From: an uncultured virus (IMG/VR IMGVR_UViG_3300032676_000987)
Lineage: Duplodnaviria > Heunggongvirae > Uroviricota > Caudoviricetes
Strand: one strand, 5' to 3'
Length of the DNA: 64,000 nucleotides
Virus record (IMG/VR): IMGVR_UViG_3300032676_000987
The first letter of the stretch is position 1. Each line of letters starts with the position of its first letter. Under the pieces are notes generated by a model. It worked only from the letters and a program-made list of their open reading frames with translations. It was not told where the DNA came from and did no database searches. The position numbers and the translations under genes were made by a program. Positions 1 to 8,437 of this stretch are shown in pieces.

Positions 1-80
1 ATGTTTAGTGGAAATGGTTTTGTGATGGAATCATATTTACCGTATGTTGATTAATTGTACGGTGATAACTGCAAACACCG

Positions 81-87
81 ATAAATA
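81..87 (+). promoter_or_regulatory. T4-like late promoter motif (A/C)TAAATA (representative of about 23 intergenic copies)
   Basis: The motif recurs just upstream of genes. Plus strand: 81, 2563, 4099, 8417, 13872, 16004, 16474, 19281, 21849, 24783, 27703, 28700, 29473, 34987, 40124, 46103, 46838, 53056, 58786. Minus strand: 2492-2498, 19174-19180, 51736-51742, 57163-57169. It resembles the T4 gp55-dependent TATAAATA. Confidence 0.8.
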
Positions 88-105
88 ACTAAAACGGGGT
101 TATTC

Positions 106-618
106 ATGAGCGCAGACCTTTTCAGAACATACATTGACATAATCAATGAGAACAACAATCCTGACGATGACAGCAAGCTTGGTCCCACAAACTTTCAACG
201 GTCTTTTTTCTCTGGTAAGGGACCGCAACTACCAGAACCAATGGAAATAGTAGACGATCCACAAGAGATTACTACGCTAATACACAAAGCTTATAATACT
301 CCAGATTCTGAAGAAGATCCTAACGCAGCCATCCAAGCTGCTGATGTTCGTAAAATAGTCAATTCTATTTTGCTTGATCTAGATCCATTGGAAGAACGCC
401 TAGCTAGAATGGCTTTTGGTATCGGAGTCCCTGAAATGTCTCTAGAGCAGATAGGAGAAAAGCTTGGTATAAACCGCGAAGGAATACGCCAACGACTGGA
501 TAGAGCATTGAGAAAAATTAGGTACCGAATATCAAAGAAATCAAATATAAAAAGTCCGTCTCGAAACAATAAACCGATATATGGCGCCGCCCGTGATCCT
601 AGAATCACAGGGTTATGA
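106..618 (+). CDS. Stand-alone sigma-70 region-4 (HTH) domain protein
   Basis: LDPLEERLARMAFGIG...SLEQIGEKLGINREGIRQRLDRALRKIR matches the RpoD region 4 pattern; no region 2; late promoter upstream. Confidence 0.75.
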   Translation: MSADLFRTYIDIINENNNPDDDSKLGPTNFQRSFFSGKGPQLPEPMEIVDDPQEITTLIHKAYNTPDSEEDPNAAIQAADVRKIVNSILLDLDPLEERLARMAFGIGVPEMSLEQIGEKLGINREGIRQRLDRALRKIRYRISKKSNIKSPSRNNKPIYGAARDPRITGL

Positions 619-633
619 TGTAAACGGTTATAC

Positions 634-1215
634 ATGAAAATCCAAGAACTATTTGAATCGGTAGAAGATTTTGAATTTCCAGATCCTGAGAAATCACAAA
701 AAACTCAGATTAGTGGAACCGCTCCTACCTATACAAAAGCTAAGGCACATTTAGATACTCACTCTGCGCATGGTAAAGTTTTGGATTTCGGTGCAGGGTT
801 AGGACACGGTAGTCACATTCTTGGTGCAGATACTTACGAACCATTTCCTAAAGGTAAGTTCACGCCTACGTATGATCATGCAGCAGACATTCCTAATGAC
901 AGCTATGAAAAGGTAACGAACTTCAATGTACTGAATGTGGTTCCACCTAAGACCAGAAAAGAAATCGTAAAACATATTGGTAGAGTGTTGAAGTCTGGTG
1001 GCATAGCTCTGATTACAACGCGCGGAAGAGATGTTCTTGACGCTAAAGGTAAACCGGGTCCTGAGCCAATGAGCATTGTTACAAGTACCGGCACTTACCA
1101 AAAAGGATTTACTACAAAAGAACTACAGCAGTATGTAGAATCTGTGTTGGGTGATAAATTTGAGGTTTCTCCGTTTAAGCTGGGACCGGCCGGCGTTCTG
1201 ATCAAGAAGTTATAG
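634..1215 (+). CDS. Class I SAM-dependent methyltransferase-like protein with capsid-targeting-like leader
   Basis: VLDFGAGLG motif I, YEPF, NVLNVV; N-terminus MKIQELFE. Confidence 0.7.
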   Translation: MKIQELFESVEDFEFPDPEKSQKTQISGTAPTYTKAKAHLDTHSAHGKVLDFGAGLGHGSHILGADTYEPFPKGKFTPTYDHAADIPNDSYEKVTNFNVLNVVPPKTRKEIVKHIGRVLKSGGIALITTRGRDVLDAKGKPGPEPMSIVTSTGTYQKGFTTKELQQYVESVLGDKFEVSPFKLGPAGVLIKKL

Positions 1216-1217
1216 TC

Positions 1218-1796
1218 ATGAAGATTCAAGAACTCCTAAATGAATCAGAGTTAACAGAAGTAACACGTCCCGATCAGCGGACGGCTGAGGATATTCTAGA
1301 AAAAGCAGGATATCAAAAATTAGGTCATGGGTTGTATGCTAACGTTTGGTGGAGAAAAGACAAATCCTACGTATTAAAGTTGGTTAGCTCAGATGATAGA
1401 GCGTATGCGAGATATGTTAGAATGTGCATGTCCAATCCTAATCCGCATTTTCCGAAGTTTCGTGGGTCATTCATGAGAGTCAATGATAACTATAACGCAA
1501 TTCGAATGGAAAAGCTCAGTCCTGTAGTTAGAACTAGAGACATGTACGATATGGTGAGTGTGCTAGAGAGTTATATATGGCATAGTGCTAAGCTGCTAAG
1601 CTGGCCGGCCAATCTGGAGCGTGATATTCAAGCTATGTATGTCTTAGAACAGACGCAGCCTGGTATAACTGAAGCGTGTGATCTTATCGCTACGTTACCT
1701 AAGGTAAATATGGATATGCATTTAGGTAATATCATGATGCGTGGGAAAACTATTGTTATAACTGATCCAGTGACTGGTTATGAGCGCACTAGGTAA
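1218..1796 (+). CDS. Protein-kinase-like (ePK/APH fold) protein with capsid-targeting-like leader
   Basis: Gly loop LGHGLYANV, VLK lysine, MEKL hinge, catalytic DMHLGN, ITDP; N-terminus MKIQELLNE. Confidence 0.7.
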   Translation: MKIQELLNESELTEVTRPDQRTAEDILEKAGYQKLGHGLYANVWWRKDKSYVLKLVSSDDRAYARYVRMCMSNPNPHFPKFRGSFMRVNDNYNAIRMEKLSPVVRTRDMYDMVSVLESYIWHSAKLLSWPANLERDIQAMYVLEQTQPGITEACDLIATLPKVNMDMHLGNIMMRGKTIVITDPVTGYERTR

Positions 1797-1818
1797 TTTT
1801 AGCTAAGAAAGCATTAAA

Positions 1819-2088
1819 ATGAAAGACAATGAAGTGATTGAAATTCTAGATGATGGTACGGTATACTACTTTGATTTAGCAGTATGCGATCAGCAGGCAA
1901 ATGCAGTAATCGAAGAACTTCTTGAAAAACAAAACACTGTTCCAAACTATGATTTTACTGCTACTATGTTTAGTCTGTTTGTAAAGTCAGTAGATTTTCT
2001 CAGAGAGGCTGGATGGCTGACCGAAGAATTAATTGATGAGATTGTAGATGCTAGTGAGTCGGGTGAGGAAGACGAAGCCGACGACTGA
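1819..2088 (+). CDS. Hypothetical acidic protein
   Basis: 89-aa ORF in the + gene run. Confidence 0.6.
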   Translation: MKDNEVIEILDDGTVYYFDLAVCDQQANAVIEELLEKQNTVPNYDFTATMFSLFVKSVDFLREAGWLTEELIDEIVDASESGEEDEADD

Positions 2089-2116
2089 TTTTTCTAGTGA
2101 ACTATAGTTCACTAGT

Positions 2117-2485
2117 TCACGCTATTCTAGTATCAGAATCCACTGACACGTTTAGAATAGATTTTCTTCCTGTTCTAGCTTTTTTGTTGTATAGTCTGGC
2201 GCAATTAGCACATAACGTCAGTAGATTCTTTTTGTTTTTGTTGGCTTTATTGCCGTCAGCAAAAACCAAATCTATCTGACATAAATCTTCAGGCAAGAAT
2301 CCACATTGCATACATGAGGTTTTCTTGTGTTGCAGATGTTTGAATCTATCATCATAAATTGCTTTTGCGCAGTCAACGCAATATCTATGCCATTTTTGAA
2401 ATCCGTGCTTACTCTTGCCATTGGGTTTAGCAAGAGCGAATTTGCAGTGAGCACAGATAGGCCGTGTTGGTTGCTGCGTAATCAT
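2117..2485 (-). CDS. Zinc-finger/degenerate HNH-like protein
   Basis: Four CxxC pairs; D-x4-DGN...NL..LCANC HNH-like skeleton lacking the His residues; late promoter TAAATA 6 nt upstream of ATG. Confidence 0.6.
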   Translation of the reverse strand: MITQQPTRPICAHCKFALAKPNGKSKHGFQKWHRYCVDCAKAIYDDRFKHLQHKKTSCMQCGFLPEDLCQIDLVFADGNKANKNKKNLLTLCANCARLYNKKARTGRKSILNVSVDSDTRIA

Positions 2486-2594
2486 ACGTTGTATTTATAG
2501 ATATGATGAAAATAAAGCACTCCTGCGATCTTTGATCCGGCTAGCCAAAATCTGACTATGCGATAAATACTATATCAGATACTGGGTTTGCGCT

Positions 2595-4088
2595 ATGACA
2601 GTAGAACTTTTTAATTCATATGGTGGCTTTTCAGTAGGCGTTCCACCTGTACAGGTGATCGATGCCAACGGTAATGTAGTAACCAATGTCTTTACGCCAG
2701 GTAACGTAGCAGCTAATGTGTTCTACGCAAACACTTATCGTTACGCTAATGGTCAATCACTTACAATTAGTGCTGCTGGTAGTAATACGCAGGTTCAGTT
2801 CAACAATAACGGATCATTCGGTGCAGATCCATATTTCACATATGACAACTATTCACAATTGCTTTCCGTTCCTAAGCTTAGTGTAGCATATAACACCACG
2901 CTAGGTGACGTATCAAATGTTAGCATCGGCGGAGGAAATAACGGTTATTTCTTACAGACTGATGGCGCCGGAAATCTGTCATGGGCAGTTGGTGGAGGCG
3001 GCGGCGGAAACGGTAATCCAGGCGGATCAAATACTGAGATTCAGTTCAATAACTCAGGATACTTCGACGGTTCATCTGTATTTACATTTGATACTACTAC
3101 AAGCACCCTAGCAGCACCTAATGCTAATATTTCTAATGTGCATACAAGCAATGCTACTATTGCGAATCTAACGGTCACTGGAAATACCACGAGTACGTAT
3201 TATTTTGGTAATGCACACTATCTTGTTGGTGTTATTTCTGATACTGCAAATACCGTAACTGACAACGCTCAGCCTAATATCACTTCCGTTGGCAATCTCA
3301 CAACATTGGTTGTCACTGGAAATATAGTTTCAGGGGATCAGATCAGTGGAGCAGGAGTACAAACATCAGGAAATGTTAATGCAGGTAATGTGAATGTTAC
3401 CGGAACATCATTTGTAGGTGGAACACTTAGCGCTACTGGTCTTGTCAATCTGATAGATTCTCCTAGCGTAAATCTAGGATCAATATCAAATCTTCATATC
3501 TCCGGCGGACTTAGCGGTTATGTTATGACTACCGATGGATTAGGTAACTTGAGTTGGCAAGCTGGCGGAGGTGGCGGCGGAGGCAACGGCGAACCAGGCG
3601 GATCAAATACTGAGATTCAATATAATTTAAATGGACTGTTTGGTGCAAGTCCGTATTTCACATACGATGACTACAGCAAAACGGTAACAATTGCTGGAAA
3701 CTTAGTCGCTAACACATTGCAATTGGGCTCAGGTGTATATCAGTATTGCACTTCTGCTGTGTACTTCGCTTCGACTGCAAGCACTGTTCCTAATCAAGTT
3801 TTATACAGTATTCCTGCAGGCAACATTTCAGGAGTAGAATTTAATATTATTGCTACAGACCAAAGTACACTAACTAGGCAGTCATCAAAAATTACATCTA
3901 TCGTTTATAATGGACAGGTGCAGTTCAACGAATATGCAGGGTTGCAGATCAATGGTGGTATAGGGTCATTTGAAATACAATATAATCCCGGAGACATCAG
4001 TAGTCCGCCGGCAGTGCAACTCAACGTTAGTCCAAATTCATCTTCGTCAATTATATACGGAATGTTGATTACAGTGTATTCGGATTAA
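2595..4088 (+). CDS. Virion fibre/baseplate-associated structural protein
   Basis: Repeated GSNTQ/EIQFNN and LQTDGAGNLSW-poly-Gly motifs typical of phage fibre proteins; late promoter. Confidence 0.7.
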   Translation: MTVELFNSYGGFSVGVPPVQVIDANGNVVTNVFTPGNVAANVFYANTYRYANGQSLTISAAGSNTQVQFNNNGSFGADPYFTYDNYSQLLSVPKLSVAYNTTLGDVSNVSIGGGNNGYFLQTDGAGNLSWAVGGGGGGNGNPGGSNTEIQFNNSGYFDGSSVFTFDTTTSTLAAPNANISNVHTSNATIANLTVTGNTTSTYYFGNAHYLVGVISDTANTVTDNAQPNITSVGNLTTLVVTGNIVSGDQISGAGVQTSGNVNAGNVNVTGTSFVGGTLSATGLVNLIDSPSVNLGSISNLHISGGLSGYVMTTDGLGNLSWQAGGGGGGGNGEPGGSNTEIQYNLNGLFGASPYFTYDDYSKTVTIAGNLVANTLQLGSGVYQYCTSAVYFASTASTVPNQVLYSIPAGNISGVEFNIIATDQSTLTRQSSKITSIVYNGQVQFNEYAGLQINGGIGSFEIQYNPGDISSPPAVQLNVSPNSSSSIIYGMLITVYSD

Positions 4089-4147
4089 CACAAAATAGAT
4101 AAATAATATAAAATAGGAAAAACATAGGAAAAACAAAGGAAAAACAA

Positions 4148-7100
4148 ATGGCCATTAAATCTTTAAATTCAGTAGCAGGTTTCTCGGTAGGAGAAACACC
4201 TTCCAATATTATATTGGCTAACGGAGACATCACCACGACGAACATAACTACTACTGGTGTAGCCAATCTCAACTCGATCGGTAACGTCAAAATTACTGGT
4301 GGGATGTCTGGGCAGGTCATCTCCACTGATGGTACTGGAAACTTATCATTCACTACAGTAGGTACTGCATCGCTGTCCAATGGTACTAGTAATATACAGG
4401 TAATTAATAATGGTAATATCAACTTCAGTAGTGCAGGAAATGCCAACGTAGTTGTAATTACTGATACCGGAATAAATGTATCCGGTACATCTGATGTAAC
4501 TGGAACGTCAAATACTGCTAATCTAAATGTTTCTGGATTAAGCAATTTAGGCGCAGTAGGCAATTTAACTATTACCGGTGGTTCATCAGGTTACTATTTG
4601 CAAACAGACGGGTCAGGCGGCCTATCTTGGGAAGCAGTAGCAACCGGAAACGCTATTAGTAACGGTTCCTCTAACATCACTGCAGGCACAACTGACGGTA
4701 ACATTACCGTTTCTATTGGCGGCACTGCTAATACTGTGACATTTACTAGTACTGGTGTTAATATTGCAGGTTATGCAGATCTAGGTTCTGGTGCACTAAC
4801 TACTACAGGAAATGCAAATCTAGGTAATATTGGTACAGGTTTTGTTGGCGCGACAGCGAACGTAACTGCACCGCAATTTATATCAAACGCTGCAACTGGT
4901 ACTGCACCGTTTACAGTGGTGTCAGTAACTCGCGTTGCTAATTTAAACGTAGCAAATGCCGGATTCGCCGATGCTGCAACTAACGCAGCCGCAGTACAGA
5001 CAAATGCTTCAACTGCAACTACGGTATACCCTACATTCGTAACTGCGTCGACCAATGCAAACTATTCATTGAATACAGTTTCTGGTATCAGTGCTAACTT
5101 ATCAAATAACTCGATCACGGCAACTACTTTTGTCGGATCGCTTTCAGGTACTGCAACAGCAGCAACTAATGCCGCAGCAGTGCAAACCAACACTTCTACT
5201 AGCTCAACTGTGTATCTGACTGGTACTACGTCAAGCTCAAATGGTAACAGCGCACTTAATATTGTAACTGGTATTACTGCAAACTACGCCAACAACGCAA
5301 TTACATCTACAACATTTGTTGGTAATTTAAGCGGCAACGTGATCGGAAACATTCAAGGTATTCTTGCAAATGGTACGTCAAACGTTGCAATTCCTACTGC
5401 AAGCGATAATGTGAACATCTCTGCTGCTGGTACTGCAAATGTTCTTGTTGTTACGGGTACTGGTGCAAACATCACAGGTACAGCAAACGTATCTGGAAAC
5501 GCAAACGTTGGTAACTTAGGTACTGCACAGGTACTCGCAACCGCAAACGTCACTGCACCTCAGTTAATATCTAATGTTGCGACTGGTACTGCTCCATTAG
5601 TTGTATCATCCACAACTCAGGTACCTAACTTATTTGTTGAACGAGCAAACGTTAGTATGTATTCAAACGTTACTGCGGTCACTGGTGGTACTTATTATCC
5701 GCAGTTTACTAGCGCAACTTCAGGTAATACTCAAACTGCTGCAAATTCGGCGTATACTGCTAACGTAGCAAACGGATCGTTCTCCGCAACTACGTTTGTA
5801 GGTAATCTAACTGGCGCACTTGCAAATGGTAATTCAAATGTTAACATTCCAAGTGCTAATGGCAACGTTAATATCTCTGCTACCGGCACTGCCAACGTAC
5901 TTGTTGTAACTGGCACAGGTGCAAACATCACAGGTACTGCAAACGTATCTGGAAATGCCAATGTCGGAAACATTGGTGCAACTAATGCTGTTGTATCTAA
6001 CGCAAACGCATCAGTCGGTGTCAACACACCAAACGTAACAAGTTCAACATCACTAACATTAACTGCAACAAGTGGCAATGTTAATCTTTCTGCTACTAGC
6101 GGAAATGTTGTTCTTAATAATGTTCAGATTAAGGAAGTTTCTAACCCAACTGCTGCACAGGACGCCGCTACAAAATACTACGTTGATAACGCAGTTGCAG
6201 CAGGAATTGATATTCACCCAGCAGTAGTTGATGCCTCAGACACTAACCTATCTGCAACATATGCCAATGGCGGTACAACTCCTACTTGGACAAGCATCAC
6301 CGGCGGCAACACACTTAATACAGGTTCTGCTCACGGCTTGTCTGTAAACGATGTCATCGTATTCAATACAGGCACAACGGGAACAGGATTGACTGCTGGT
6401 ACACCATATTTCGTCCAGTCAATTGTTTCGTCAACTGCGATTACGGTATCGTTAAATTGGAGCGGTGATGCAGTAGCATTAACAAATGGTACAGGTCTAA
6501 CGATTACATCACTTGCAAATGCGGGTGTTGGCGCAACACTAACATCAACTGGTACAGGCCCACTTGTAATTGCAGGATATACTGCTGCACTCAATGACAG
6601 AATTCTTGTTGTTGGACAGTCAACTGCTTCACAAAACGGTGTGTATTATATCTCACAGGTTGGTGTTGTAAGTTCTACTCCATGGATTCTAACTCGCGCA
6701 ACTGACGGCAACACATATATTCTAGATAGCGCAGCAGGACTTGACACTGGTGCATATTTCTTAGTAACAAGCGCCAGTGATGGAGGTGCAGCATATGTTC
6801 TAAGTACTACCGGAACAATTGTGTTTGGTACTACTAATTTAACATTTGCTCTGTTCTCACAGACTCAGGTATACACCGCTGGTACTGGATTAACACTTGC
6901 ATCCAACTTACAGTTCAGCATCACTAATACTACAGTACCTTCTGGTAGTTATGGTAATGGAGACGCAGTTGCAACATTTACTGTTAACGGTCAAGGACAA
7001 TTAACTGCCGCCTCTAATGTTTCAATCACCGCAAATGCTGCCAATCTGACAGGTAATACTCTTGCATCGTCTATTATTAACTCAAGCTTAACGAGCGTAG

Positions 7101-8395
7101 GTACTCTTGGATCACTATCTGTAACCGGAAATGCGACCGCTGGTAACTTTGTAGGGCGTCTAGCAAACGGAAACTCAAACGTCAATATTGCTGCTGCAAA
7201 TGGTAACGTAACCATCGCCGCAGTAGGTACTAACATCGTAACTGTAACTGGCACTGGTGTTAATATTGCAGGCTATGCAAACTTAGGCAGCGGAGCATTT
7301 ACTACTACTGGTAACGCGAACGTTGGTAACTTAGGTACCGCACAAGTACTTGCAACTGCAAACGTAACTGCTCCGCAATTAATCTCAAACATTTCAACTG
7401 GTACTGCTCCGTTCGTCGTGACCTCAACTACTCAGGTAGCAAATCTAAACGTTGCTACTGCAGGAAGTGCTACTAACGCAGCAGCAGTACAGACCAACAC
7501 TTCTACTAGCTCTACTGTATATCTTGCTGGTGTAACCTCTTCTTCAAACGGTAATAGCGCACTTAACATTGTGACAGGTATTACCGCTAATTTTGCATCA
7601 AATACTATATCTGCTACTACATTTACTGGTACATTAGCAAACGGCAACTCAAACGTAAATATTCCTGCTGCTAACGGCAATGTCAATATAGCTGCTGTCG
7701 GTAATACAACATTAGTTGTTACTGGTACTGGTGCGAATATAACAGGTACTGCAAACGTATCTGGTAACGCAAACGTAGGTAATTTAGGTACAACTACTGC
7801 AATTATCACTACTGGTAATATTACTACTATAAACAGTGGACTATTGCAAAACGGAACAACCAACGTAACAATTGCATCCGGCGGCAATGTTTCTACGTAC
7901 ACAGGTGGCAACTCTACTGCTCAGTTTGTAATTGCATCTACTGGAGTCAATGTTGCAGGTTATGCGAACGTTGCAGGAAACGTATCTGCTGGTAATATAA
8001 GCTCAGCCGGTTCTGCAAACATAAGCACCACCGCAAACGTAGGTACTAGTGTCGTCTTAGGCAACACTTCGGTTACTACTACTATAACCTGGGGCTCTGT
8101 TACTACAACCTCAGTTACAGCAAACCAAACAATTGCAAGCTTCTCAGTAACTGGTGTAACTGGTGTAGAATTCCTAGTTAAAGGAATCGATTCTGTTGGT
8201 GGCAAGTACAGCATGTCAACTGTACATGCAGTAACAGATGGTGCTAACGTTGACTGGGTGGTATACGGCGGAGCATACTTAGTAAGTACTACTGGTTCTC
8301 TATCAGTTAATATATCAGGTTCTACGATTCGTTTGGCTGTTACACCAGCCAGCAGCAACTCAACTGTTTGGACAACACAGTATAGATTAGTTTAA
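4148..8395 (+). CDS. Large repeat-rich tail fibre protein (1415 aa)
   Basis: Many ANGNSNVNIPAANGNVNI...LVVTGTGANI repeats; PTAAQDAATKYYVD and DRILVVGQ...QNGVY motifs of phage fibre proteins. Confidence 0.75.
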   Translation: MAIKSLNSVAGFSVGETPSNIILANGDITTTNITTTGVANLNSIGNVKITGGMSGQVISTDGTGNLSFTTVGTASLSNGTSNIQVINNGNINFSSAGNANVVVITDTGINVSGTSDVTGTSNTANLNVSGLSNLGAVGNLTITGGSSGYYLQTDGSGGLSWEAVATGNAISNGSSNITAGTTDGNITVSIGGTANTVTFTSTGVNIAGYADLGSGALTTTGNANLGNIGTGFVGATANVTAPQFISNAATGTAPFTVVSVTRVANLNVANAGFADAATNAAAVQTNASTATTVYPTFVTASTNANYSLNTVSGISANLSNNSITATTFVGSLSGTATAATNAAAVQTNTSTSSTVYLTGTTSSSNGNSALNIVTGITANYANNAITSTTFVGNLSGNVIGNIQGILANGTSNVAIPTASDNVNISAAGTANVLVVTGTGANITGTANVSGNANVGNLGTAQVLATANVTAPQLISNVATGTAPLVVSSTTQVPNLFVERANVSMYSNVTAVTGGTYYPQFTSATSGNTQTAANSAYTANVANGSFSATTFVGNLTGALANGNSNVNIPSANGNVNISATGTANVLVVTGTGANITGTANVSGNANVGNIGATNAVVSNANASVGVNTPNVTSSTSLTLTATSGNVNLSATSGNVVLNNVQIKEVSNPTAAQDAATKYYVDNAVAAGIDIHPAVVDASDTNLSATYANGGTTPTWTSITGGNTLNTGSAHGLSVNDVIVFNTGTTGTGLTAGTPYFVQSIVSSTAITVSLNWSGDAVALTNGTGLTITSLANAGVGATLTSTGTGPLVIAGYTAALNDRILVVGQSTASQNGVYYISQVGVVSSTPWILTRATDGNTYILDSAAGLDTGAYFLVTSASDGGAAYVLSTTGTIVFGTTNLTFALFSQTQVYTAGTGLTLASNLQFSITNTTVPSGSYGNGDAVATFTVNGQGQLTAASNVSITANAANLTGNTLASSIINSSLTSVGTLGSLSVTGNATAGNFVGRLANGNSNVNIAAANGNVTIAAVGTNIVTVTGTGVNIAGYANLGSGAFTTTGNANVGNLGTAQVLATANVTAPQLISNISTGTAPFVVTSTTQVANLNVATAGSATNAAAVQTNTSTSSTVYLAGVTSSSNGNSALNIVTGITANFASNTISATTFTGTLANGNSNVNIPAANGNVNIAAVGNTTLVVTGTGANITGTANVSGNANVGNLGTTTAIITTGNITTINSGLLQNGTTNVTIASGGNVSTYTGGNSTAQFVIASTGVNVAGYANVAGNVSAGNISSAGSANISTTANVGTSVVLGNTSVTTTITWGSVTTTSVTANQTIASFSVTGVTGVEFLVKGIDSVGGKYSMSTVHAVTDGANVDWVVYGGAYLVSTTGSLSVNISGSTIRLAVTPASSNSTVWTTQYRLV

Positions 8396-8437
8396 TGATT
8401 AATGATTTTTCTCCGAATAAATAACTGAGAATAAATT

